From: Candidatus Poribacteria bacterium
GTDB taxonomy: Bacteria > Poribacteria > WGA-4E > WGA-3G
Assembly (NCBI GenBank): GCA_965198235.1
Contig: OZ240248.1
Span: forward strand, 448,001-512,000
Direction of reading: 5' to 3'
DNA length: 64,000 nt
Shown: positions 8,751 to 17,482 of the stretch, piece after piece
How positions within the stretch are numbered: the first letter of the stretch is position 1
How the letters are laid out: each line of letters opens with the position of its first letter
Program-made: the position numbers and the translations under genes
The notes under the pieces: model-generated
The model's database searches: none
What the model was told of the DNA's origin: nothing
Seen by the model: only the letters and a program-made list of their open reading frames with translations

Positions 8751-8845
8751 TTATTTTAATAGTTGTCAGTTATCCGTCATCAGTTATCGGTTAAGAGGGT
8801 TATTGTTTAAGAAAAGTTATCTTTTTATTTAATGGTTATCAGTAG

Positions 8846-9541
8846 TCAGGGCTGTTTTTGTTTCAAATTTGCCCATGTGGTTGTTAATTTCCCTTTTGGT
8901 GAGACTGCGAGTCCGTCAATCGTAAACGTGTCTACCCACGCGCTCCCTGTGTTAACGTCCTCTGTGACGAATCCGGCGAGTACAAAGGCGATGATATCAA
9001 TGTGGTCGAAGTTTGCATCCTTGAAATCGAGGCGTGATTCGCCATCCGCATTCAATTGAAATCTGCCGTCCTTGAAGTGGAGTTCCATCTGTTGGAGTTC
9101 GTCGGTGTTCCAGCGTTGTTCGGGTCCGACAAACGCGCCGCCGTCCCTTGAGGCTTGCATATCATTTGTAAAAAAGAGGTAGTAGCCGAATTCCTCTATT
9201 TCGGTCACGGGATTTCGGAAGTGTTTTGCGAGTGCGATGCCGAATCGCGCGCGCGCTGCACCGACGGTTTCAAGGGTGATTATAAAGTCATTATAGGGAC
9301 CGGGATAGGCGATGAGTTGGTAGCGTTCAAATATGACACTCCATTGGTTTTGTGCCTGAATTTCTGCTTTTAAAAATCCATCCTCGACCATCCAGACGGA
9401 ATCGTTTCCCACGTGCTGCCAGTCATCTACTGCCTCTCGTTCAAAGTGGTCTTCCCAAAAAGCGGCGTTCGTGTCCCCTTGCAAAAGGAGGAGGGTATAA
9501 ATGATGATGAAGGCTTTTAGCGTGTGTACGATGTTTTTCAT
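8846..9541 (-). CDS. Secreted concanavalin/LamG-like protein with C-terminal AVSPKGKLTTTWANLK motif
   Basis: Signal peptide; collinear similarity to 7230-7931 (VGNDS.W...DGFL.AE, F.DANFD.I.I..FV..G, AW.D.FTI.GL.VS). Confidence 0.75.
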   Translation of the reverse strand: MKNIVHTLKAFIIIYTLLLLQGDTNAAFWEDHFEREAVDDWQHVGNDSVWMVEDGFLKAEIQAQNQWSVIFERYQLIAYPGPYNDFIITLETVGAARARFGIALAKHFRNPVTEIEEFGYYLFFTNDMQASRDGGAFVGPEQRWNTDELQQMELHFKDGRFQLNADGESRLDFKDANFDHIDIIAFVLAGFVTEDVNTGSAWVDTFTIDGLAVSPKGKLTTTWANLKQKQP

Positions 9542-9613
9542 AGGTTCGACGGGGCGAGGTGTTTTTGCTTGGGTGTTTCCCTTAAGAAACCTCGCCAGTG
9601 AATTATAATCGGG

Positions 9614-10375
9614 TTATTTCAACGGTAGACAGTCGTACCAATTATTTGTGCGTTTTTCGCGACGGCTGAGTTGGTTGGATTTGGAACGAAATACCGGGTC
9701 TGTAAAATGCCCTTCGGTGTGACTCAGTACCTTCATGTTAAGCCGTCCACGCCCAGTCGCACAGATGTACTCCAAAGTTCCACTTTTGTAATACTTCGGA
9801 GCGAGGTATTTCTTGCCAGCGTGCTCGTATGGATAGTAGCCTATTATTTTCGATTTGGATTTTACTATGTCTCCTTCACGCCAGTGTTCCTCGAACCCGC
9901 TCCAAGGGAATCCGGTAGTGCTGTTCCCGGAGTCGATATCTGTCCAACCGATTTCGGATGCGAGGGTGACGCGGACGGTGTCTGTGCCCCAGGGTGTGTC
10001 GGTAGTTGCAAAACGCCACTCCTGTTTCCGATACCACCAGATTCTCCCCGGTCTTGAGGAGGGCCAGACTTTGGCTTCTTCTCTGGTATAGATGATGTCA
10101 AAGAATCCTGCGTCGTTAAATGGGTGCGCAATCCTGTGACAAAGCACTCGACTGTCGATTTCCGGTCCGAACCAGCGATTTTCGTCCTCGGAGGCTATTA
10201 ATTTGCCCGGGGTTCGGTAGTACTCACCCGCGGCTTTAGGAATGGCAATCTCCTGAAGGATAGTTCTCTCACCGTCTTTGTATATGCCGTGCAAGCCAGC
10301 ATTTGCGGGGAGAAGGAGAAATAGGATGGCGATGATTGCCGTTAGTATGAGTGTAAGGATGTGTTTATGTGTCAT
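9614..10375 (-). CDS. Secreted Trp-Gly-rich hypothetical protein (paralog of 8007-8750)
   Basis: Start MTHKHILTLILTAIIAILFLLLPANA signal peptide; the longer ORF start lies in a REP duplication. Confidence 0.75.
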   Translation of the reverse strand: MTHKHILTLILTAIIAILFLLLPANAGLHGIYKDGERTILQEIAIPKAAGEYYRTPGKLIASEDENRWFGPEIDSRVLCHRIAHPFNDAGFFDIIYTREEAKVWPSSRPGRIWWYRKQEWRFATTDTPWGTDTVRVTLASEIGWTDIDSGNSTTGFPWSGFEEHWREGDIVKSKSKIIGYYPYEHAGKKYLAPKYYKSGTLEYICATGRGRLNMKVLSHTEGHFTDPVFRSKSNQLSRREKRTNNWYDCLPLK

Positions 10376-10390
10376 ACGTGGGTGCCATAT

Positions 10391-10465
10391 ATAGTTTGAT
10401 GGCACGCGGTGTATACTTACTGCTTTAGAAATATAGTTTGACGGCACGCGGAGCGTGCCTACTAC
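10391..10465. repeat. Degenerate tandem pair of GTAG-type REP (GTAGTAGGCACGCTCCGCGTGCCGT on minus strand)
   Basis: atagtttgatggcacgcgg and atagtttgacggcacgcgg about 42 bp apart; related copy near 35375-35398. Confidence 0.75.
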
Positions 10466-12009
10466 TTTGCAAAGGGTGTGCCGTCTCGCCTGCCTATGTA
10501 GATGCGATATGCGGTGCTGGAGGCAGGAATTTCAACCTGTTTGTGAATAAGTGTTCGTTGATAACGTTCTGTCGCTGTTTCAAACACAGCGTGAACAGCA
10601 CGGATGTGAAGTTGATAATGAGCTTCTGTTAGGTTGTGGAATTTAAATTCGCCGTGTGCATCCGTTTCCACCTCAAACCGATCCAGCGTCATTGACATGT
10701 CATAGGGCTGTAATTCCCAGGGATACCACGAACGTGAAACGACAGCGTTGTGGACAGGCTTACCTGTATCTGCCCAGAAAACCTGCCCTTGTAGTGTTGT
10801 CGTAGGTTGATCCGCTACAACACGTACCTGTTCGGTATTCATTGATGCGTCCACATCAATTCGGGTCGCCGAGATACCGCTTCCAACGATGTAGAAAATA
10901 TATTTTTCCGCAAAAAGCCCGTCAACGACAAAAGCAGATTCTGCCACAGGAAAGTGTCTTGACAAAATCGGTTTGTGCAACACCAATGGGTTCAGACTTG
11001 GCTCCATCTGTGCATCTATGGGAAACACCTTCACAGTATACTGCCCGTCAGAGAGTATATTCTGCGGGAGGATCACACGTCCTTTAATGCTCGCCCCTTT
11101 CTTTAGTGGTAGAATTGGCGGCATTTTACCGATGTCTACGTTCTCGTATATTCTCGAAAAGTAACCCTTTTTGCTGACTTCAAGTGAAAGTAGTCGTGGT
11201 TCAGCCTCTAAGACCTCCATCTGAAAGTTGCCTGCCTCGTTTGTTTGTGCTGATGAGAGGAGTGCCCCATGTCCGTGAGATGTTTCCGCGTGCCGAGTTG
11301 CGTGGATCTGTGCCCCTGCTATTGGTCGTTCTCGTGCATCGACAACCGTGCCGCGTAACGTCTTCAATTTCGGCAGATGGACAGAAATCTGTGCCTGTTT
11401 TTGTGGATTAATGGACTCTACAAACGCTATGATAAGACCGTTCCGCGAAATTGTCAAGGTGTATTCGATTGGGTAGAGTTCGGTAAAATGGAAATTGCCT
11501 GTGGGACCAGTCTTCACTGCGTGTTCAATTGGTGCGGCGGTGCGAAAAAAGTCCGCCGACTTGTCGTGCATCTTCAGGTTCACAACAAGCCCAGCGACAT
11601 TTTTCTCGCCAGAAACGTTACCTTGTAGGGGTAGTGTCCGCCTCAACGCAATCATTCCCAAATTATATTTGCTTTTACTGGTGGACATTTCCTGCCGTAA
11701 GAGTTTCGCCTGATATTGTGGATGGAGTGCCATGAGTGAGAAGACGTGGTAGATTTGGCTTTCGTTGGGAATGGTCAGCGAAAAAGTGCCTTTCGTATCT
11801 GTTGCTGTTGCGTGTGCGAATTCTCGATCAGGATAGACACGCTCAATTTTTTCAGCAGCAAGGCGCACGAGGACCTCGGCGATAGGATGTCCATCTTCAG
11901 CAGCAACGAACGTGCCGTGGAAGGTGGTGTTATCTGGTGCTTGGCAGATGCCGGAGACGGTGCAGAGAAAGTGCAGCAAGATCAAGTGGATGATAAGTGT
12001 GTTATTCAT
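10462..12009 (-). CDS. Secreted protein with multiple carboxypeptidase-regulatory-like (transthyretin-fold) repeats
   Basis: Repeated G.V....G.PI..A.V / TD..G.F pattern (LRGTVVDARERPIAGAQI, LQGQVFWADTGKPVHNAVV, ETDAHGEFKF). Confidence 0.8.
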   Translation of the reverse strand: MNNTLIIHLILLHFLCTVSGICQAPDNTTFHGTFVAAEDGHPIAEVLVRLAAEKIERVYPDREFAHATATDTKGTFSLTIPNESQIYHVFSLMALHPQYQAKLLRQEMSTSKSKYNLGMIALRRTLPLQGNVSGEKNVAGLVVNLKMHDKSADFFRTAAPIEHAVKTGPTGNFHFTELYPIEYTLTISRNGLIIAFVESINPQKQAQISVHLPKLKTLRGTVVDARERPIAGAQIHATRHAETSHGHGALLSSAQTNEAGNFQMEVLEAEPRLLSLEVSKKGYFSRIYENVDIGKMPPILPLKKGASIKGRVILPQNILSDGQYTVKVFPIDAQMEPSLNPLVLHKPILSRHFPVAESAFVVDGLFAEKYIFYIVGSGISATRIDVDASMNTEQVRVVADQPTTTLQGQVFWADTGKPVHNAVVSRSWYPWELQPYDMSMTLDRFEVETDAHGEFKFHNLTEAHYQLHIRAVHAVFETATERYQRTLIHKQVEIPASSTAYRIYIGRRDGTPFAK

Positions 12010-12082
12010 GTAATAGTTTCCCTGAACTTTTTAACAAGATTGTAGCATAGGACACAAAAGAATTCAGTCTGAGTTTGGTAAC

Positions 12083-12119
12083 AAAAAAACAAGCCCCCTG
12101 GCAACAGAGGCTTGTCTTT
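12083..12119 (-). terminator. Intrinsic terminator downstream of the tRNA pair
   Basis: ACAAGCC-N-GGCTTGT hairpin followed by a T-run on the minus strand. Confidence 0.7.
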
Positions 12120-12155
12120 CTAAAGGAACTATTTTTGCGTTTGCTTTGAGTGAGA

Positions 12156-12230
12156 TACCCCCGACGAGATTTGAACTCGTGTCGCCGCCGTGAAAGGGCG
12201 GTGTCCTTGGCCAGGCTAGACGACGGGGGC
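12156..12230 (-). tRNA. tRNA-Glu (TTC), CCA not encoded
   Basis: GCCCCCGTCGTCTAGCCTGGCCAAGGACACCGCCC-TTTCAC-GGCGGCGACACGAGTTCAAATCTCGTCGGGGGTA cloverleaf. Confidence 0.96.
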
Positions 12231-12239
12231 AGAAAAATG

Positions 12240-12312
12240 TGAGCCGTACAGGGATCGAACCTGTGACCACCTGATTAAAAGTCAGATGCTCTACCAGCTG
12301 AGCTAACGGCTC
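12240..12312 (-). tRNA. tRNA-Lys (TTT), CCA not encoded
   Basis: GAGCCGTTAGCTCAGCTGGTAGAGCATCTGAC-TTT-TAATCAGGTGGTCACAGGTTCGATCCCTGTACGGCTCA. Confidence 0.96.
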
Positions 12313-12328
12313 AAGTTAACAACATTTA

Positions 12329-12357
12329 ATGATACTATACTTTAAGGCGGATGTCAA
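12329..12357 (-). promoter_or_regulatory. Sigma70 promoter of the tRNA-Lys/Glu operon
   Basis: TTGACA-N17-TATCAT on the minus strand. Confidence 0.75.
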
Positions 12358-12420
12358 ATTAAAATTCAGAAATTTTAGAAAGTTTATGGAATATAATAAA
12401 CGACAGATGAGTTGTTTTTG

Positions 12421-12583
12421 TGGTATAATATTACTACATCGTGACGGTGGACTTCACCTCTCGCTTGAGAGTGCCACCGCACCGTTTTCGTAGACTTCAT
12501 CCGAAGTCGGAACCCCACGATCCACACAGAAAAGCGATGGATTCTCTCAGAATCCCACTGCTTTAGCTGTGGGAGTATGTCAA
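12421..12583 (+). mobile_element. IS200/IS605 (TnpB-type) right-end remnant; candidate free-standing omega-RNA
   Basis: Ends GAATCCCACTGCTTTAGCTGTGGGAGTATGTCAA (subterminal hairpin + TCAA); upstream hairpins; TGGTATAAT at 12421; no tnpA/tnpB ORF. Confidence 0.75.
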
Positions 12584-13864
12584 TTACCAAAGGGGACGTC
12601 CGAGCTGCACGATCTGATTTCTGTCGGGTCCGACGGAGATAATCGGAATTGGTACGTCGAGATAATCTGCGACATACGCGACGTAGTCTTTGGTCGGTTG
12701 TGGAATGTCAGCCGCGGTGCGTGCTTCGGTTAAGGATTGCTGCCATCCGGGTAGTGTTTCGTAGACGGGTTCGCATTCCTCTAAGACCTGCAGGCTACTG
12801 GGGAAAGTCGTTGTCTGTTTCCCTTTGTGGCAGTAGGCGACACAGACCTGGAGATCGTTGAGGGTATCAAACACATCCAGTTTCGTCAACGCGATGGCAG
12901 TTAGCCCATTGATTTGTGCGGCATATCGGAGTGCGACCAAATCAAGCCAACCACAACGTCTCGGGCGGCGTGTTGTGGCACCATATTCTTTGCCGATTTC
13001 CCGAATTTCCTCATCCAAGTCAGGTGGCATCTCTGTCGGAAATGGACCACCACCGACGCGTGTGACGTAGGCTTTGGAAACGCCGAGTATCTCTTGAATT
13101 GCTTTGGGTCCTATACCGAGTCCGGTACAGACGGCACCCGCAGTGCAGTTGGAAGAGGTAACGTAGGGATAGGTCCCGAAATCTATATCGAGCATAGTCC
13201 CCTGCGCGCCTTCAAAGAGGATCCGTTTCTCGGAAGCGAGAGCGTCGTGCATGAAAGCGACAGTATCCGTCACATAGGGTGCGATCCGCTGTGCGTAACT
13301 GTGATAAGTTTCGAGAAGGATGTGTCGTTCCGGTCCGCCTATTTGGAGTGCATCTGCCTTGGTTTCGAGGTTGTAATCCAACTTCTTTTGGAACTGGTCA
13401 AACTCAAGGAGGTCCCCCACGCGAATGCCAGCGTGTCGGTTCATCTTGTCAGAGTAGGTGGGACCGATACCGCGGGAGGTGGTGCCGATTTTGGTAGCAC
13501 TCCCCATCTGTTCCCACTGTTCGACAGTCTTGTGGTATGGCATAATGAGATGTGCGCGATCACTGATTTTCAGGTTATCGCTGCTGACTTCAATGTCCTG
13601 CGCCTGTAGCCGATCAATCTCACCGAAAAGTGTCTCCAAATTAATGACGACCCCGTTGCCAATAACGTTGACGGTATCGGGTCGTAGGATGCCAGATGGA
13701 ATCAAATGGAGAATAAACGTCTTTTCTCCGAGAACGATGGTATGCCCTGCGTTATCGCCGCCTTGATACCGTGCGACAATATTCGCATCTGCGGCGAAGA
13801 CATCAGTCAGTTTCCCTTTACTTTCATCGCCCCATTGTGCGCCTAAGATGACAATGTTTGACAT
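12584..13864 (-). CDS. purA: Adenylosuccinate synthetase
   Basis: GAQWGDESKGK, GGDNAGHT, GTTSRGIGPTY, EGAQGTMLDIDFGTYPYVTSS, GATTRRPRRCGWLD. Confidence 0.98.
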   Translation of the reverse strand: MSNIVILGAQWGDESKGKLTDVFAADANIVARYQGGDNAGHTIVLGEKTFILHLIPSGILRPDTVNVIGNGVVINLETLFGEIDRLQAQDIEVSSDNLKISDRAHLIMPYHKTVEQWEQMGSATKIGTTSRGIGPTYSDKMNRHAGIRVGDLLEFDQFQKKLDYNLETKADALQIGGPERHILLETYHSYAQRIAPYVTDTVAFMHDALASEKRILFEGAQGTMLDIDFGTYPYVTSSNCTAGAVCTGLGIGPKAIQEILGVSKAYVTRVGGGPFPTEMPPDLDEEIREIGKEYGATTRRPRRCGWLDLVALRYAAQINGLTAIALTKLDVFDTLNDLQVCVAYCHKGKQTTTFPSSLQVLEECEPVYETLPGWQQSLTEARTAADIPQPTKDYVAYVADYLDVPIPIISVGPDRNQIVQLGRPLW

Positions 13865-14104
13865 ACAAAACCTCTTGCTACTCACAAATGCTTGTAAGCG
13901 CGGTGCCTGCTCGCGCTTGTTTTACAGCCCACGCGTCCTTTTAACATTATAGTAAAACTGATGATTTAACGGTACGCTGTTGCTGGCGGAGAAGGAATGC
14001 GCGTGTGGCATTCCAGAAGGGGTTTCCAAAGAGGGTTGAAACCCTGCCAGCGAGAGATGGAGATTTGCGTTAAATTTTGTAAACGTCCGAAGAACTCGAC
14101 AACT

Positions 14105-14536
14105 CTAACGCTTGGAGAATTGGAAGCGTGCCCGTGCGCCTTTTTGTCCGTACTTCTTCCGCTCGACCATTCTCGAATCGCGTGTTAAAAATCCTGCCTT
14201 TTTCAATGGAGGCTTCAAGGATTCATCCGCTTTGACGAGTGCGCGTGCGAGTCCGTGTGAGATCGCTCCAGCCTGTCCAGTCTTTCCGCCACCTTTTACG
14301 TTGACGTGGACGGCATATTCGCCGACCTTCTCAACATGCTCAATGGGGCGTTGTGCTGCCTGCCAGTGGTCTGCGCGTTCAAAGTACTCTTGAATCGGTT
14401 TTTTGTTAACGGTAACCCCGGCTTCACCCCCCGAAATGATTCGGACACGCGCGACTGAGGTTTTGCGTCTGCCGGTTCCCCAGAATTGTTCAATAGCCAT
14501 ACTGTTCGTACTCTCCGTAGTTGTAGGAGCACCCAC
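14105..14536 (-). CDS. rpsI: 30S ribosomal protein S9
   Basis: GTGRRKTSVARV, GGGKTGQAGAI, ERKKYGQKGARARFQFSKR; start either GTG 14536 or ATG 14500. Confidence 0.98.
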   Translation of the reverse strand: MGAPTTTESTNSMAIEQFWGTGRRKTSVARVRIISGGEAGVTVNKKPIQEYFERADHWQAAQRPIEHVEKVGEYAVHVNVKGGGKTGQAGAISHGLARALVKADESLKPPLKKAGFLTRDSRMVERKKYGQKGARARFQFSKR

Positions 14537-14559
14537 TGCTGACGGCTCCTCAACTTAAC

Positions 14560-14997
14560 TTAAAATGTTAAGACTTCCGGTTCCTGTGCTTGATGCGGGT
14601 GTGTCGGTCCGGTGTAAACCCTGAGTCCCTTCATCAGTTGCCGACCGAGGTGATTCTTTGGGAGCATTCCCTTAACGGCGTTCGTGATAATCACCTCTGG
14701 TTTGCGATTCATTTGTTCATCAAAAGTTCGGTATTTATCACCGCCGGGATAGCCGCTATGCCTAAAGTAGGTTTTCTGTTCCCCTTTATTGCCTGTGACG
14801 ACTACTTTCTCCGCATTCACAACAGCAACGCGAAAACCTAAATCGGCGTGGGGTGTAAACCGCGGGTCATTTTTTCCGCGCAGTACGTGTGCGATACGGG
14901 ATGCTAAGCGCCCGAGCACCTGCCCTTCGGCATCTACCACATACCATTTAATGTCTTTTTCCGTTTTCGGGAAATAGGTTTTCGTTCTCAGTACCAT
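14560..14997 (-). CDS. rplM: 50S ribosomal protein L13
   Basis: WYVVDAEGQVLGRLAS, HSGYPGG, AVKGMLPKN, HPHQAQEP. Confidence 0.98.
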   Translation of the reverse strand: MVLRTKTYFPKTEKDIKWYVVDAEGQVLGRLASRIAHVLRGKNDPRFTPHADLGFRVAVVNAEKVVVTGNKGEQKTYFRHSGYPGGDKYRTFDEQMNRKPEVIITNAVKGMLPKNHLGRQLMKGLRVYTGPTHPHQAQEPEVLTF

Positions 14998-15135
14998 GAT
15001 TTCCTGTCCCTTCAACCGCATTTAGCCCGTGCAAGGGCAAATTTGGCTTTGCGTTACGCTGCTTATTGTAGTTTGTTGTTCGAGTGTGTCTTTCTCAAAA
15101 AGATATTTTCACAATTGCGAACACAACCGAATAGT

Positions 15136-15164
15136 ATTATACTACAAAAGAGAGCGTTTGTCAA
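15136..15164 (-). promoter_or_regulatory. Consensus sigma70 promoter of rplM-rpsI
   Basis: TTGACA-N17-TATAAT on the minus strand. Confidence 0.85.
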
Positions 15165-15480
15165 ATTTTTTACATCTCTCTATCGGAACGTATGGTTGTC
15201 AGTTGCGAATTAGAAGTTTAAAAATTTTCTCGATTGTGTGTTTGAAGGAAGCGTCAAGGAACAAGAATTGTCTATTATGAAGCCAATTTAAGATGCGAAT
15301 TAAGCAAAAATTGATGGCTGAACCGCGAATAGTCATATAAACGCATTATTATTAGAAGTGTAACCTGATTTACTTGGAAAAACGCGTTATTCTGCTTTGC
15401 ATATTTTGCTTTTATTATGTTATACTATGCGCTATAAGAAATCTGGACGAACTGAAAATAAGATACAGGAATTTGAAATA

Positions 15481-16674
15481 ATGCGAATTATTCTTTACAC
15501 AGGTAAAGGGGGTGTCGGCAAAACAACGATTGCCGCTGCTACAGGTATCAAACTCGCAGAACTTGGTTACAAAACTATCGTGATTTCGCTTGACGTGGCG
15601 CATTCGCTCCGAGATGCATTTGATAACCACGAAAAACTCGTTCGCCAGAGTGAAGAGAAACAGATCCAAATCAGAGACAATCTCTGGATACAGGAAATTA
15701 ACGTTCAGGAAGCAATTGTTGAATACTGGAACGATGTGTACGGCTACATCCGTTCGTTGCTTAACCGTTCTGGACTTGACAGCCTCGTTGCTGAGGAGAT
15801 AGCGGTGTTTCCGGGGATGGAGGAGATTTGCGCGCTTCTGTATATCAACCAATATGTCCGGGAAAAAAGTTATGATGTGATTATTCTTGATTGTGCACCG
15901 ACTGGTGAGTCGCTCCGGTTTGTTAGTATACCTACGACGCTGGAGTGGTATATGAGCCATATTTTCAAATTGGAACGCAATCTTGCGAGAGTTGCGGGTC
16001 CGGTCATCGAACGGGTGAGTTCCGTCCCGATTCCACGAGATAATTACTTTCAGAATATTCAAGATTTATTCGATAAATTGGAAGGGATTGATGGTGTTCT
16101 GACGGATCCGAAAATCACGACGGTCCGCTTAGTGACGAATCCGGAAAAAATTGTTATTAAAGAGACGCAGCGGGCATTTATGTATTTTTGCCTTTACGGG
16201 TTGTGTATTGACGCTGTAATTATCAATCGTATCTTCCCCGATGGCGTTGATGCGGCATACTTTGAGACTTGGAAACGGTCCCAACAGCACTATATTGAGG
16301 AGGCAATGGACTATTTTTCGGACGTACCGATTTGGAAGGTGAACCTCTTCACGGAAGAAATTGTGGGAGAACGGGGCCTGCGTCAGTTGTCGGACACGCT
16401 CTATTCAGAGATTAACCCGGCAGATCAGTTCTCTAAAGAACGCCCGTATCAATTCCAAAAAATGGGAGATACCTATCAGTTGTCTATGCGTCTCCCGTTT
16501 CTGAGCAAAGAGGAAATTGGATTGACAAAACATGGCGATGAGTTAATTATCACAGTGGGTGGTTTCAAGCAACATGTCGCGTTGCCGCGGACGCTCTCGA
16601 ACAAAAAAACGACCGGCGCGAAACTCACCGGTGACCAACTCGTGATTAAGTTTGAAGGAGAGAGCCGGACCTGA
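15481..16674 (+). CDS. ArsA/GET3-family ATPase with C-terminal HSP20-like domain
   Basis: YTGKGGVGKTT, SLDVAHSL, PGMEE, DCAPTGE; C-terminal RLPFL..EEI.L...GDELIITVG. Confidence 0.92.
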   Translation: MRIILYTGKGGVGKTTIAAATGIKLAELGYKTIVISLDVAHSLRDAFDNHEKLVRQSEEKQIQIRDNLWIQEINVQEAIVEYWNDVYGYIRSLLNRSGLDSLVAEEIAVFPGMEEICALLYINQYVREKSYDVIILDCAPTGESLRFVSIPTTLEWYMSHIFKLERNLARVAGPVIERVSSVPIPRDNYFQNIQDLFDKLEGIDGVLTDPKITTVRLVTNPEKIVIKETQRAFMYFCLYGLCIDAVIINRIFPDGVDAAYFETWKRSQQHYIEEAMDYFSDVPIWKVNLFTEEIVGERGLRQLSDTLYSEINPADQFSKERPYQFQKMGDTYQLSMRLPFLSKEEIGLTKHGDELIITVGGFKQHVALPRTLSNKKTTGAKLTGDQLVIKFEGESRT

Positions 16675-16679
16675 AGTGT

Positions 16680-17411
16680 ATGGGCATCAAAACGGACAAG
16701 GCGGTTTTTGCTGTAACAGGGACGACGCTTTTAACGTTCTTAATAGCAAGTCGCATCGGGACTATCTGGATACTTTATCCGAACGTATTAATCGCGGCTA
16801 CTTTGTGTGCTTATTATATCTGGCGGACTGACGAAGAAACTTCACTGCTTTCAAGTAGTTCCGTTTTTGGATTTGCAACGACGCTGACATACGTGCCGCT
16901 GGACTGGTTACTCTCGCGAAAAGCGCGTCTAATTTTCTACCTTCGTCCGGATTTTCTGGCGAATCTAACGACCCCGATTGGAATAATCCTGAACTGGATA
17001 GTGTTCGCGACGCTGGCAGCATACTGCTATCTGCGGCTTACAATGATTTTCCGAACCCGTTTCGCGTCTGAGGTTGGCAATCCGAGAATTGGCTTCACGG
17101 GAACTGCGATGTTGGCGGCGGGTGTCACCGGCATCGGTGCGGCGTTGGGAAGTAACATAATTTACGCGCTTGGGGAATCGCATTTGTGGCTGTGGAATGC
17201 AACACAGGTGGATCGGATACCAGAGATTGCATCCGTACCGGTTTTTGTGCCGATTTCTTTCCTTGTTACTTTTCTGCTGTGCCCTTACTTTTTCGGGATA
17301 GCCGGTGGTTTCCTGAGAGAACAACACGCTGGTGTCGCTGGAATACGGTGTGGCATCTTTATGGGATCACTGCAGTTTTTCAGTTTTCTTCTGTTTTATG
17401 TCTGGAAATAG
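16680..17411 (+). CDS. Multi-pass membrane protein, unknown function
   Basis: 243 aa, about 7 hydrophobic segments, 5 bp after the ArsA gene. Confidence 0.7.
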   Translation: MGIKTDKAVFAVTGTTLLTFLIASRIGTIWILYPNVLIAATLCAYYIWRTDEETSLLSSSSVFGFATTLTYVPLDWLLSRKARLIFYLRPDFLANLTTPIGIILNWIVFATLAAYCYLRLTMIFRTRFASEVGNPRIGFTGTAMLAAGVTGIGAALGSNIIYALGESHLWLWNATQVDRIPEIASVPVFVPISFLVTFLLCPYFFGIAGGFLREQHAGVAGIRCGIFMGSLQFFSFLLFYVWK

Positions 17412-17482
17412 GGGCGGATTGATAAGGGGTCGGTTCATTTTGCGACAAAAGCCTTCAATTGTTAGGAAAGGAAATCATAGAC

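Noticed and set aside
5863-12160. tRNA-anchored genomic island or prophage
   Set aside because: No integrase, phage genes or duplicated tRNA 3' end (att) found by eye.
12064-12270. 68-aa ORF
   Set aside because: Overlaps tRNA-Glu and tRNA-Lys.
12384-12590. 68-aa ORF as a tnpB fragment
   Set aside because: Antisense to the IS end and shows no RuvC or zinc-finger motifs.
15481-16674. Arsenic resistance operon
   Set aside because: Single-domain ArsA/GET3-HSP20 type with no arsB/acr3/arsC/arsR nearby.
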